Shown here: positions 1-13,861 of the stretch, piece after piece | Layout: every line of letters starts with the position of its first letter | How positions within the stretch are numbered: the first letter of the stretch is position 1 | Assembly: GCF_006345805.1 (NCBI RefSeq) | Contig: NC_043021.1 | Coordinates: 15,810,001 to 15,874,000, forward strand | From: Octopus sinensis | Taxonomy: Eukaryota | DNA length: 64,000 bases | Reading direction: 5' to 3' | The notes under the pieces: model-generated | Database searches by the model: none | Seen by the model: the letters and a program-made list of their open reading frames with translations, nothing else | What the model was told of the DNA's origin: nothing | Translations under genes and position numbers: made by a program

Positions 1-1531
1 ACAACAGGGGTCGCCCCCCACCTGCCGGAGCCTTGTGGAGCTTTTAGGTGTTTTCGCTCAATAAACACACACAACGCCCGGTCTGGGAACCGAAACCACG
101 ATCCTCCGACCGCAAGTCTGCTGCCCAAACCACTGGGCCATTGTGCCTCCACATCCTGGGCTTGATACATTCAACTAAAAATTCTTCAAGGCAGTGCCCC
201 AGCATGACCATGGGCTAATGAGTGAAACAAGTAAAAGATAATGTAGCAATAAAATCAAGCATTTAAAATATTATCTGACCCTTTAACACTCAGGTTTCTC
301 AGTCAAATGTAAAGCTTATTCATTCACTTTGTTGTGTCTGGGGAGAGTCATTTTCTTTTGTAACACACTCACCGGTAAAATTTCCACTTATTTCTTATTT
401 TTATTTTCCTAAAATTTTCGTTGCGTTTTGCAACCGTTTCAATAGTCTTGACTCTTATTTATTCACATTATTTTTGAATTAATCATGCATTATCTCCTAG
501 CTTCGAGAGTTAGCTGATGTGGCTGTTTACTTTTAGAATGACATTGTAGGGTAAGTAGGAGAAGCCAGATCTGGCCAATTTGAACATAAAACAGGTAGAA
601 TATTTAGGCTGGATATGACCAGTATAAATACTTAAGTGGGGTTAAACCCTTTTAACACCAACCCACCTGAGACTAGCCCTGGCTCCATGATATAAGCATC
701 TTGGTATAACCCTTTTGTTACCATATTTCTGTTGAAATGCACAAACCTTTATTTCTATTGATTTCATAGACAATGAAAAATTTATCAAAATAACATTGTC
801 ATAATTAAGCATGTGCTTGGAACATAATTTATATAAAATTTTGATGGATGTTTTAATTTAGAACCTTTTAATTCTTTAGATACTGTTTGTTTGTTTGTTC
901 CTTCTCGAGCCATGCCTGGTTCATAAGGGCCGTTTTCCCAGTTTCTTTGGCATATAGGTTCCTCACCTGGACGAGACGGCAGTCCGTCACAGGTGAGATG
1001 CTAGATGCAGGAGGAAAGAGTGAGAGAAAGTTGTGGCAAAAGAGTCAGCAGAAGTTCGCCATTACCTTCTGCCGGAGCCGTGTGGAGCTCAGGTGTTTTG
1101 CTCATAAACACACACATCGCCCGGTCTGAGATTTGAACCTGCGATCCCTCAACCGCGAGTCCACTGCTCTAACCACTAGGCCATGTTCCTGAACCTGCCT
1201 GAACCCCTCCTCCAGATCTGACTCTATGATATAAATTTCCTGTTTAAGGTAATATCAAGTAAAACCTTTCAATACTTGGTTGGTATTGTATTTTATCAAA
1301 CCTGGAAGGGTGAAGAACAAAGTTGACCTCAGTGGAGTTTGAACTCAGAACATAAAGACAGATGAAATGCTACCAAGAACTTTGTCCAGCATGCTAATGA
1401 TTCTGCCAGCTTCCCACCTTAACAATAAAAGTAATAATCCTTTAAGCTATAGACTAAAGGCCCGAAATTTTGGGGTCGTGGATAAGTCAATTACATTAGT
1501 TCCAGTGTTTGACTGGTACTTAATTTATCAA

Positions 1532-2023
1532 CCTCCTTATCTCCTCAAAGACATACATCATCTCGAAAGAGTCCAGAAGCTGGCTACCCGCATGGTTCTT
1601 GGTCTCAAGCATTTGTCTTATGAAGAAAGGCTGAAGACGCTCGACCTTTATTCTCTAGAAAAACGACGACACCATGGTGATCTCATTCTTACTCACAACA
1701 TCATAAGTGGAAAGTGTAATCTCTCGAAAGAGCTGTTCTCCACTCCTGCTCCAGAGCGTCGGTTGCGGGGTCACTCCGAAAAGCTCTATCTGCGACGATT
1801 TCATCTCAATCGAAGGAGAGGGGTTTTCTCCGTCCGAGTTGCGGATCCGCGGAATAAGCTGCCAGACGAGATAGTGAAGATGCCGACAACCGCTCAGTTC
1901 AAAGTCTCTCTTGACCAGAAATGGCCTGAACTCTTTGCATGAACACCCCTGTACAAAAACTCCATGTCCCCCTACATGGCCTTGCTTTTTGCTTTTTGAG
2001 CCAAAAAATTAACTTAACTTAAC
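1532..2023 (+). mobile_element. CR1-like LINE 3' end inserted into a SINE
   Basis: HLERVQKLATRMVLGLKHLSYEERLKTLDLYSLEKRR...DLILTHNII; (TAACT)n tail. Confidence 0.85.
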
Positions 2024-3151
2024 CTCAAAAGCTAGAATTTCAACCCAGAACATAAAAATGAACGAAATGCCACTAAGCATTTTCCCAGCATGCTAATGGC
2101 TCTGCCAACTTGCTATTTTAATAATAAATAATAAATAAATGTGCCCTTTTAAGGCCTAGCCAGGCTCATGGGCCCGGTTTCCTGGTTTCAATAGCGTATG
2201 TGTCCCCCAGCTGGACGGAACGCCAGTCCATCGCAGCGTTACTCATTTTTGCCAGCTGAGTGGACTGGAGCAACATGAAATGAAGTGTTTTGCTCAAGAA
2301 CACAACACGTCACCCAGTCCAGGAATCGAAACCATAATCTTACAATCATGATGCTGACACCCTAACCACTAAGCCACGTGCTTCCACTATCTATTTTAAT
2401 AATAATGATAATAATTCTTTCTGCTATAGACACAAGGCCTCAAATTTGGCGAGAAGTGACATGTTGATTATATCAGCCCTAGTAGATGACTGGTACTTTA
2501 TTTTATTGCTTCTGAGATCATGAAGGGTCAAAGTCAACCTCAGCAGAATTTCAGCTCAGAACATAAAAATGGACAAAATACCACTAAGTATTTCATCTGG
2601 TATGCTAATGAGGCTGCCACTTTGCAGCCTTAACGATAATGATTGTAATTGTCTCAAATTTCTGCTCAAAAAAAAAAAAAGTCCAATTTTAGAGGAAGTG
2701 ACAAGTCAATATCATCTGACACTTATTTTTATCGACCCTGAAAGGATGAAAGGCAAAGTGGACTTCAATGGAATTCGAACTCAGAACATATAGAAGACAG
2801 ACGAAATGCTGCTAAGCGTTTTGCCCAACATATTAACAACTGTGCCAGCAATGATAATAATGGTTTCAAATTTTGCCACAAGGGCAGAAATTTTGGGAGT
2901 GGGGATGAGTCAATTACCTCACCCCACCAATGTTTAACTGGTATTTATTTTATCATACCTGAAAAGATTAAAGGCAAAGTCAACCTTGGTGGAATTTGAA
3001 CTCAGAACATAGCGACAGGTGAACTACCACCAAGCATTTTGTCCAGCATGCTAACAACTCTGCCAGCTCACCACCTAAGCAATGATAACAATCATTTCTA
3101 CTAAAGACACAAGGTCTGAAATTACATCGACCCCAGTGTTTCACTGGTACT

Positions 3152-3318
3152 TACCATGTTTTAATGCGCATAAGAAACCCCTTTTTGTCAAAAATTAGTT
3201 TTTAAAAATATGAGAGTTTCTTATACATGGATATTACTATAATCCTTTACAAAACCTTTTTTTCCAAATTTTAAGCCCCCAAAATTAGGGGGTCCCTTAA
3301 ACACATTAAAATATGGTA
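3152..3318. mobile_element. pogo/Tc1-like MITE nested in a SINE
   Basis: TACCATGTTTTAATGCGCATAAG / CTTAAACACATTAAAATATGGTA TIRs; SINE sequence resumes on both sides. Confidence 0.7.
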
Positions 3319-4825
3319 ATTTATTGACCCTGAAAAGATGAAAGGCAAAATCGACCTCAGCAGAATTTGAACTCAGAACGTTGCATACCAAGAGGTGAAA
3401 TACTTATTTCTTTACTACCCACATGGGGCTAAACACAGAGAGGACAAACAAATGGATTAAGTCGATTATATTGACCCCAGTGCGTAACTGGTACTTATTT
3501 AATCGACCCCGAGAGGATGAAAGGCAAAATCAAACTCGGCGGAATTTGAACTCAGAACGTAGCAGCAGACAAAATACGGCTAAGCATTTCGCCCGGAGTG
3601 CTAACGATTCTGCCAACTCGCCACCTACTGAGAAATGATAATAATAATAATTGTTTCTAGTGTAGGGACCAGAAATTTGCAGGGAGAATCTTATAGCTAG
3701 TCAGTTATACCAAATCAAGTACTTGACTGGTGCTTTATTTTACTGACTGTATAGTGGTGAAAGTTAAAGTTGGTCTTAGTGAGATTTGAACCCAGAATGT
3801 AAAAATCCATTATAAATACTACACCAACTTTTTTTTCCAATAATCTAACAATTCTAAGGCTGTGTGTGAGGTGGTAGAATCGTTAGCACACCAGGTAAAA
3901 TACTTAGCAACATTCCATGTCTTTACATCCAAGTTCAAATTCCACTGAGGTCGACTTTGCCTTTCATTCTTTCAGGGTCAATAAAATAAAGTACTAGTTG
4001 AGTGCTGGGGCTGATGCAATCAACTTGTCTCCCACTGCCCAGAAATTGCTGGCCTTGTGCCAAAATTGGAAACCAATGATTGGACAATTCTGCCAAATTA
4101 ATTCCTTGGATAGTTGCTGTCGAATTTAGGCCCAGGGCCATCAATAATAATAGGAGAGGAGTGAGTCAACTAAACTGACCCCAGTATATGACTGGTATCT
4201 TATTTTATCCACTCTGAAAGGACGAAAACCAAAGTCGACCTGGTGGGAATTTGAACTCAGAATGTAAAGAACTGGAACAAGTGCACTAATAATAACACCA
4301 ACAAACACAGGCCTTTCTTTCATTGCTCAACCTGTTAGAAATAACAACAAAATCTCCCTCAAATTATATCTTTGAAAAGGAAAGGGAGGCATTGGGTAAC
4401 ATGATACAGATACATTGCCTGAAATATAAATGGAATGGTCACTGCTGGAATGTCTTTAATCATAATTTTGCTCTTTCATAGTTGACCAAAGACTAAACAA
4501 CAAAAGCAACAATAACGAAAAGGGAACTTGATAAGCTAGAAATAGCAGCCAAACTTCACTTGACCCACACCCTAACAATTACTCGTTTGATCTTTCACTC
4601 TTTTACCTATTTCAGCCCATGAGTAGTGGCCTAGCTGGAGCCATGCCATGGACACATCAGACAATGTCATCATACACATGCTTAAAATTCTCAAGACAGT
4701 CACTGTTAGAATAGCTTTGATCATTTGATCGTAGCATAGGTCTGTTTGACCAACACTGACCCAGGGTTAAACAACAGTAGCAAACAACAACAATTAGTTA
4801 CAGTAATAAATAAGACATATCTTAC

Positions 4826-5026
4826 CATAAGCCCCAAAGGAAGTAGTTGTTGAAGAGTGAGGTATTTAGAAACACCACTCTCAGTCAAAAGCGGTAAAAA
4901 TTCTTCATATAAATTTTGTCTCAGTAAAATTTCTGTAAGATTCTGCCTGGAAAATCCAAAACAGGGATTACTAAAAAGGAGTAAAACTCCACATAAAAGA
5001 ACTCCTTGTTTGTACATAGTCAACAT
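4826..5026 (-). CDS. First coding exon of a secreted or membrane protein (gene continues off the left edge)
   Basis: MLTMYKQGVLLCGVLLLFSNPCFG is signal-peptide-like and is followed by an NLT sequon; GTAAGA donor after ...PLGLM (phase 0). Downstream exons not found. Confidence 0.65.
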
Positions 5027-5653
5027 TTGGGTGCAGAGTTGGTTAATTTTTTAGGGTTCTTTTGTTTTTTTTTGTGTTTCTTTCCCTTGTATTTTTTTTT
5101 TCTCCTTGTGTACAAATGATGTTATTTTCTCTCGCAATTTTTTATAAAATGTCCAAAGAATTGGATAAAAAAAAAATGCCAAAATATTTCGTCCTCAATG
5201 GGTAAATTCCCAGCTGAAGTGATATCTACTGGATTTTAAATCCATTGAGTTTTTATTAGTGGATACTGCTTGGCTGTCTGTCATCTCTCAGTACGTTACT
5301 CTGAGTCTAACTGGTACCTCTTCCTTTCACTTAAAGGTACAATAACTCTTCGCTTTTCGGAGTGTATGTATTTGTGTAGATGTATGGTGTGTATGTGTGT
5401 GTGTATACGTATGTGTGTGTGTGTATATACGTATGTGTGTGTGTATCTATGTGTGATAATGAGATTACCCGCATGCGAGTGTGAGTGTGTGTGTGTATAC
5501 GTATGTGTGTCTATGTGTGATAACGAGATTACCCGCATGTGAGTGTGTGTGTGTGTATGTATCTAGCTATGAATGTAAGATTATGAGTTTGTGTGTGTAT
5601 ATGTATGTATCTCTCTTTCACTTTTTCTCTTTTTCTGTCTTTCAGCAATTGTA

Positions 5654-5688
<35 letters not shown>

Positions 5689-5725
5689 TTAAGAAAGAGA
5701 TTGTTCATTTATATGTTCCTATCGC

Positions 5726-5819
<94 letters not shown>

Positions 5820-5856
5820 TTAAGAAGGAGATTGTTCATTTATATGTTCCTATCGC

Positions 5857-5937
<81 letters not shown>

Positions 5938-5968
5938 TTAAGAAGGAGATTGTTCATTTCTATGTTCG

Positions 5969-6009
<41 letters not shown>

Positions 6010-6147
6010 GTGAGTGTGCACATGTACCTGTGTGAGCGTGGGCGTGTGTGTACATGTTTCTGTGAGAGGTTATCTAGCTATGTACACGTACATTTGTATC
6101 ATTATAAGTTTGTATGTATATGTATGTATCACTCTCTCTCCCTCCCT

Positions 6148-6190
<43 letters not shown>

Positions 6191-6869
6191 TCTTTCTCTC
6201 ACACACATTTATGATTTCAAAGAGACGAAGAGTAAGAGAGAGAAAGAGAGAGAGATAGATTGTTCATCTATAAGTAGCTTCCTATGTATGTGTACCTCTG
6301 TACCTCTGAATGCATGTGTGTGTGTGTGTGTGCATGTACTTCTGGATATGTATGCAGGGCTGTACCTGTGTGTGTGTGCGTGCATGAGTTGCAGAGTGCG
6401 TGAATGTGTGTGTGTGTGCGCATGTGCGTAAAGTTCCTGTGTCTTTGACCACACAGAGTTAATCTTAACTTTTACTTATCATCCTTTATTTACTCCTCCT
6501 CTTCTACACTCTTACAAATCACCCCTTCTCCTCCCATTCTTTCCTTTTTTTTCTTTCTTCCCCCCTTTCTTCCAATCACCCTGTTTCCTTTATTTCTTCT
6601 TCTTTTTTCCTTCTTCTTCTTGTCTTGCCTTGTAAAATCAAGGTGAGCTCACTGGACCAATAACATCGAATGCAGGCATCCCTACCGCTGCACCCTCTCT
6701 CCCTCGGCCACCTGTGATAAGCGAATGCCACCTACTCACCTGTCAACCCACCTGCTTACCTACCTCGTCATCTACCGTCTGCCCATCCATCTATCTTTCC
6801 AATGCAACACATCACACCCTTCTAATTGAAATACATAAGCTGTGCAAATCATGCAGGGCACTAAATACA

Positions 6870-7301
6870 CAAGACATATATATATATCTATACATATATT
6901 TATATATATCTGTATGTATGTATGTATATATATATATAATATATATATATATCTGTATGTATGTATGTATATATATATATATATATATTATATATCTGTA
7001 TGTATGTATGTATATATATATATATATATCTGTATGTATGTATTGTATATATATATATATATATTATATATATTGTATGTATGTATGTTTATAATATATA
7101 TATATATATATATATCTGTATGTATGCATGTATATATAATATATAATATATATAATATATATATATATATATATTATAATAATATATAATTATACACATA
7201 TATTATATATATATACATTATATATATACAATTATATACTATTACATATATATATATATACATATATATTATATATATATATATATACATATTATAAATA
7301 C

Positions 7302-7332
<31 letters not shown>

Positions 7333-7740
7333 CGATATATATATTATACATAATATATAATATATAATATATATACTATATATATAACATATATATACAT
7401 TACATATATATCATCTATATACATATACATATTATATACATATATATAGTATACATATATCTATATATATACATATATATTATATACATATATATATATA
7501 TATATATATAATATATAATACATAATATAATATAATATATACCTATATATATATTATAATACATATATATCTATATATTATACATATATCTATATCTATA
7601 CAATATATATATATATATATAATATATATAATAATATACATATCATATATATATATATATATATAATATATACATATATATATATATATCATACAGGGCA
7701 CTAAATACACAAGAAGATATATATATATATATATATTATA
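6870..7740. repeat. Large degenerate (TA)n/(TATG)n microsatellite block
   Basis: Directly visible; similar blocks at 5.4-6.4, 9.5-11.5, 23.5-23.9, 26.1-26.9 and 33.6-34.9 kb. Confidence 0.95.
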
Positions 7741-7821
7741 CTATATGTATATATATACATACATTGTGGGTTGTGTATGTGAGTATACATGCAAACACAC
7801 ATGCATAAAATATATATGCAC

Positions 7822-7876
<55 letters not shown>

Positions 7877-8117
7877 TGAAAGAGTGAGCAGAGATGGCTT
7901 TTTGGAGGGGATAATTTTTAACATTATTATTAAGATTAAAATAAAAATTATCTCCTCAAAAAAGCCATCTCTGCTCATTCTTTCAAATATATAAAATGCT
8001 GCACTAAGAACTTTCTCTTTCTTATTCTACTCTCTCTCTCTCCTCTAATATATATATATAATATATATATATAATATATTATACATTTATATATATACAT
8101 ACATTTATATTTATATA

Positions 8118-8499
8118 TCTCTCTATATATAAACGGCAGTTTGTCTGTGTGTGTTTCTGTGTGTCTGTTTGCTTGTACCCTCACCTTGACCATGGCTTTC
8201 AACCGATTCTGATGAAACTTGACACACACATAGCCCAATGTCATAATTCAAAACTAATGCAGCGAAAATTTTGAAAAGTTCCCCAGTTCTGAAAAGAATC
8301 GATAAATTCGACATGGGGTCGAGAAACAGAAACACAAACCACAGACTGTCTAGGGGACGCAACTCGACCGTTTTAACTCTCAAAATAAAATTTACCATAA
8401 TTTTTTTCCATTTTTTTCTATTTTTTTGGCTATAACTCTCTAAAAATGCTTTATAGTTATTTCCCTTACAAACCCGAGCAACGCCGGGCGATACTGCTA

Positions 8500-8500
<1 letters not shown>
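8118..8500 (+). mobile_element. Non-autonomous Helitron-like element
   Basis: A|TC start, CCCG...CGGG hairpin at 8473-8488, CTAG|T end. Confidence 0.8.
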
Positions 8501-8543
<43 letters not shown>

Positions 8544-8582
8544 CATTTATATATATACTCTTACATATATATAATATATATT

Positions 8583-9492
8583 ATATAGAAAATAGTAAAA
8601 AGTGAAAAAACTACAGAAGGCTTGTTTTAAAAGGTTAAAAAATATATATTTGAGTCATTATGTCTGAAGAACGTTATAAATTTTTTTCATACAATGACAT
8701 AGTTTTTGAAGAAATGACCGGTTTCGCGTTCAGCTTTTCAAATTTCTTACATCGTTATGTTTACGTTGAGAAGTATGAAGGAGAGTTCCAGATAAGGGGA
8801 GGTAATAAGTGATTTCTTCCAGTGTAAGGGAGATAATCGCTTAATATTTCTTGCCTTTTTTTTGGAGTGAGTTTCTCTGTGTAAGAATGTGTGGAATGGT
8901 TAAGTTTGGGCTTGTTTTTTCAATGAAGAATGTTTCCTTGTTTAGTAGTCTAATTTTGTTGTGGTTGTGTTCCGATAGCACATTGGTAAAATGGAAAGAT
9001 TAAAAATTTGGTAGTAGTTGCTTTGGCGCATTTCTCAATGTGCTCACTAAAGGGTATCATTCTGTATTCTGGGAATGCATCTGTTGTCGATGCAGTGTGC
9101 ATCTACGTCTGAGTGATAGTCCCGTGGACCCCACGTAGTTTTGGTGGCAGCCCGAGCATTTTATGACATAAATTATGTTTTCAGAGGCACAAATAAAATT
9201 AGATTTGATCTTGAATTTCTGTCTCTCTTTCAAGAGGAATTCTGATCCTTCTAGCAGGTTTGGATATGTTGCACAGTTCGGTCTACCACATTTTTTTACT
9301 TTTGCATCCATAATTTAAGAAAACAATTTTGCCTTTGTGAGAATCTTTTTAACCGGTCATTTCTTCAAAAACTATGTCATTGCATGAAAAAAATTTATAA
9401 CATTCTTCAGACATAATAACTCAAATATATATTTTTTAACCTTTTAAAACAAGCCTTCTGTAGTTTTTTTCACTTTTTATTATTTTCTATAT
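8583..9492 (-). mobile_element. Truncated Penelope-like retroelement: GIY-YIG endonuclease remnant with inverted pseudo-LTRs
   Basis: ORF 9057-9311 has NIIYVIKCSGCHQNYVGSTGLSLRRRCTLH (GIY-YIG) and continues through frameshifts to RLLNKETFFIEK. Inverted repeats of ~140 bp at 8583-8723 and 9351-9492; inserted in TA-rich sequence. Confidence 0.85.
8709..8748 (-). ncRNA. Minimal type I hammerhead ribozyme, U3-A8 variant
   Basis: AAGAAAT-UUGAAAA-GC(UGAAC)GC-GAAA-CCG-GUC-AUUUCUU: 7-bp stem I, G-C closed stem II, palindromic stem III ACCGGU, GUC cleavage triplet. Confidence 0.75.
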
Positions 9493-10029
9493 ATTCAACC
9501 ACGTGCTTTCACACACCAACTTTCTCACCTATATATTTATATATAGCTGAACATACATATACATACATACATACATATATATATGTATGTATATATGTAT
9601 GTATGTGTGTGTATGTATGTATGTATGTATGTATGTATGTATGTATGTATGTATGTATGTATGTATGTATGTATGTATCTATGTATGTATGTATGTATGT
9701 ATGTATGTATGTATGTATGTATATGATGGACTCTCCCATCGAAGATGAGGTATGAGCCTTTCAGCTTTTGCCGAATGATCTGCACAAAAAACTTGTTTAT
9801 AGTAATCAAGTGTTCCTGCTGCACACTGGCTCGCTCCCTTCATCAAATTGACATTGCCTGAACAGGTGCACGGTGTACCACACGTAAGGAGTTGAAGTGA
9901 CCAGAGGCCAACGTGAGATGAAGTGTTTTGCTCAAGAACACAACACACCAATGGGTCAGGTGATTGAAAACCATGATCTTGTGATCTTGAGTGCAAAACC
10001 CTAACCACTAATCCATACACCCTCACATA

Positions 10030-10085
<56 letters not shown>

Positions 10086-10215
10086 TATGTATTTATATGT
10101 ATATGTATATTATATATATATATATTATATATATACACAAACACACACATACACACATGCATATATATATGCATTTGTATATGTATATGCACACATTCAT
10201 ATGCATAAACATGTA

Positions 10216-10254
<39 letters not shown>

Positions 10255-11396
10255 TCATCATCATCGTTTAACGTCCGTTTTCCATGCTAGCACGGGTTGC
10301 ACGGTTCGACCGGAGTCTGGGAAGCCAGGAGGCTGCACCAGGCTCCAGTCTGATCTGGCAGTGTTTCTACAGCTGGATGCCCTTCCTAACGCCAACCACT
10401 CTGTGAGTTTAATGGGTGCTTTTTACATGCCACCGGCACAGGTGCCAGTCAAGGCGCCGCTGGCATTGGCCACGTTTGGATGGTGCCTTTTACGTGCCAC
10501 CGGCACAGGTATCACAACTACTATTTCCATTTGATATTTATTTCGATGTTTCTGCTCTTGACTCAATAGGTCTCCTCAAGCACAGCAGGTCATGTACCAC
10601 CGGCACAGAAGCCAGTCAATGTAGCACTGGCATCGGCCACGTTTGGATGGTGCTTTGTACGTGCCGCCGACCCCTTATTCGCAAAATTACATGCTGACAT
10701 AGAACCAACATTGAACCCCTTATTCACAAAATTACCGAATCTGGAACTTAACTATGGTCTGTCTATAGCACTTATTCAGCATTACTTGACACCTTTGGGT
10801 CTCAATGGCACTATTATCTCTTATATATATTATATGTGTATATATATATATACACATATAAATACATAATGTATATATATTATATATATATATATATAAT
10901 ACCATATAAATACATAATGTATATATATTATATATATATATATATATATACACATATAACCCATAAATGTATATATATTATATATATATATATATAAATA
11001 TATTATATATATATATTCAATACATATATATAGGGGCACACACACACATGTACATACACACACACAGGGACAAAAGGAGTGACAGAGTGACACACAGAGA
11101 AGAGAAACAGAGAGAGAGAGAGAGAGTGATAACAGGGGAGAGAGATAAAGAGAGATCCCAAGAGACCGACAGATGAAAAGGAGAGATGCTACGTAGATTA
11201 TTTTACTTGACAGATAAGAATTACGAAACATGTTGGGTTTTGTTTTAGTTGAAGGGGAAAACAACAACAACAACATCAACAACAGAGCATGATGCTAACA
11301 GTAAGTAATTCATTAAGCATGACGAAGAAGACGAGAAAATGATAACGACAATGAAGATACCAGCAAAATTATGTTTCCACACCTGTGTGTATATTA

Positions 11397-11439
<43 letters not shown>

Positions 11440-11523
11440 GTGTATATATATATATAAAAATATATATATATATAACAATATATATATACATACACATATA
11501 TATACACATATATATATATACAC

Positions 11524-11623
11524 NNNNNNNNNNNNNNNNNNNNNNNNNNNNNNNNNNNNNNNNNNNNNNNNNNNNNNNNNNNNNNNNNNNNNNNNNNNNN
11601 NNNNNNNNNNNNNNNNNNNNNNN
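11524..11623. other. Assembly gap (100 N)
   Basis: Run of exactly 100 N following a (TA)n tract. Confidence 0.99.
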
Positions 11624-11734
11624 AAGCGATGAAAATATTTTAACCAAATTAAATTTAAGTGTTGAAGTGAATCTAACGATTTTGTGTGTTTCTTAAATGG
11701 CTTTATAAACCCTTCCACGCTGCAACTGTTTATA

Positions 11735-11773
<39 letters not shown>

Positions 11774-13032
11774 GAGAGAGAGGAGAGAGAGAGAGAGAGA
11801 GAAATATAAATATATATATGTTTTTATATATATAATATATATATATATATATGTATGTATGTATGTATATATATAAATTTCTAATTCTCTCAACATGTGG
11901 GGGTAATATAGAATTAAGCATCTAGTTGGGTTAACTGGGATAACGTTGACTAAAGTATTTAGTAGGATAAACTGGGGTAATGTAGAATTAAGTTTTTTTA
12001 AAAAGGTGAAAGGGTGAACTGGGGTAAGGTGAAATAAAGCATTTAGAAGGTGATCTGGGGTCAAGTTGTCTAAAGTGTTCAATTCGCTGAACTTGGGTAA
12101 AGTGGAATTAAATGGGCTCCAGGAGCAGAAATGATAACAAATACACCAAACTGGAATTTGAATTCTTGATCTTTGCCCCCCGCTCCTCATGCAATAAGTT
12201 TAATATCTTAACCCACTCAGCTATCTGGTCTCCACTAAACTCCCATCTAGAAAACCCTTTCCACTACTAAAAATATAAAGATAAAAAAATTTTCAAAAAG
12301 AAAAAAAAAGCATCAATGAAGGCGATGATCGAAGGACTCCTTTGATGATAACACCCTTTGCTGTAAGCACACAGATTTGTTTTGTTTTATATCATCATCA
12401 TCATCATCATCATTTAGCGTCCGTTTTCCATGCTAGCATAGGTTGGACGGTTTAACTGGGGTCTGTGAAGCCAGAAGGCTTCATCAGGCCCAGTCAGATT
12501 TGGCAGTGTTTCTACGGCTGGATGCCCTTCCTAACGCCAACCACTCCGCGAGTATAGTGGGTGTTTTTTACGTGCCACCTGCACAGGTGCCAGACAGAGC
12601 TGGCACAACGGCCACGAACGGATGGTGCTTTTATGTGTCACCGGCACGGGGCCAGGTGATGCTGGCAACGGAGACAAACGATGGTGCTTTTACGTGCCAA
12701 CCGACACGGGCCAGACAGAGCTGGCAAACGGCCACGAACGGCGGTGCTTTACTTCACCCGGCACGGGGGCCAGCCGAGGCTGGTAACGAACACGAACGGA
12801 TGGTCTTTTACGTCTTTTTACTTGTTTCAGTCATTTGACTGTGCCATGCCTGGAGCAACCGCCTTTAGTCGAGCAAATCGACCCCACTGACTTATTATTT
12901 TTAAGCCTTGTACTTATACTATTGTCCGTTCTGGCCGAAATTCTAAGTACAGGGGCATAAACCACCCGCATCAGTTATCATGCGATGTTGGGGGTACAAA
13001 CACAGACACACAACATATACACAGATACATAC

Positions 13033-13086
<54 letters not shown>

Positions 13087-13292
13087 CAAAGGCCTCTTTC
13101 AGTTTCTGTCTACCAAATCCACTGACAAGGCTTTCGTCGGCCCAAGGTGCCACCCGTGGGACTGAACCTGGAACCATGTGATTGGTAAGCAAACTACTTA
13201 TCACACAGCCACTCCTACGCCTATAGATATCTTTATTTGATCATGAAGACACAGTTTTTGTTGTTAGCTTTCTTTTTCCTATAAGAAATCTG

Positions 13293-13325
<33 letters not shown>

Positions 13326-13861
13326 GCATGGAGGAGTAGTGTAAGTAGATAAAGTGAAGAAGGCACTCTGTTTTGTTTGTATATTTGTCTGTTTGCTTTT
13401 GTGTTTCTCATTTAGTTGTTCTTTTATCGTACAGAGGCCAGTGGTTAGTTGAGACTTGTTGTCATCCCTAATCTAAAAAGTTTCCATTATCATTATTATC
13501 ATCGTTGTCACCACCACCACTACCACCACCATCACCATCATCATCATTGTATGGTGACAGTGTGTTGTTGTCATCGTTGCCACCACCATCATCATCATCA
13601 TCATTATTGTCAACAGTGGTGGAAGTGTTCTTGTAATCATTGCCATCCTTACTACTATCATCATCACCAGCATCAACATCACTGTTGACAGTAGTGTCAT
13701 CTGGCATCTTTCTTGTTATCGTCATCGTCATTGGCACCACTGATGTCATCATCATCACTATCGACAGCAGTGGTGGTATTGTCATCACTCTCGTTGTCTT
13801 CATCATTATCATGGTCTCTCAGTGTGAAGTATGATGATGTTTGAATAAAAAAAATTAGACA

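Noticed and set aside
4850-4880. LTLQQL resemblance to ZIP8/14-type zinc transporter ectodomains
   Set aside because: A six-residue match is insufficient, so no gene symbol was assigned.
5270-11921. Many long ORFs of YI/CV/HT repeats (also at 23.5, 26.1-27.0, 33.5-35.0 and 41.6 kb)
   Set aside because: Translations of (TA)n, (CA)n and (TACA)n microsatellites, not genes.
13449-13834. Poly-His and poly-Asp ORFs
   Set aside because: Degenerate (CAT/CAC)n repeat open in several frames with no splice support.
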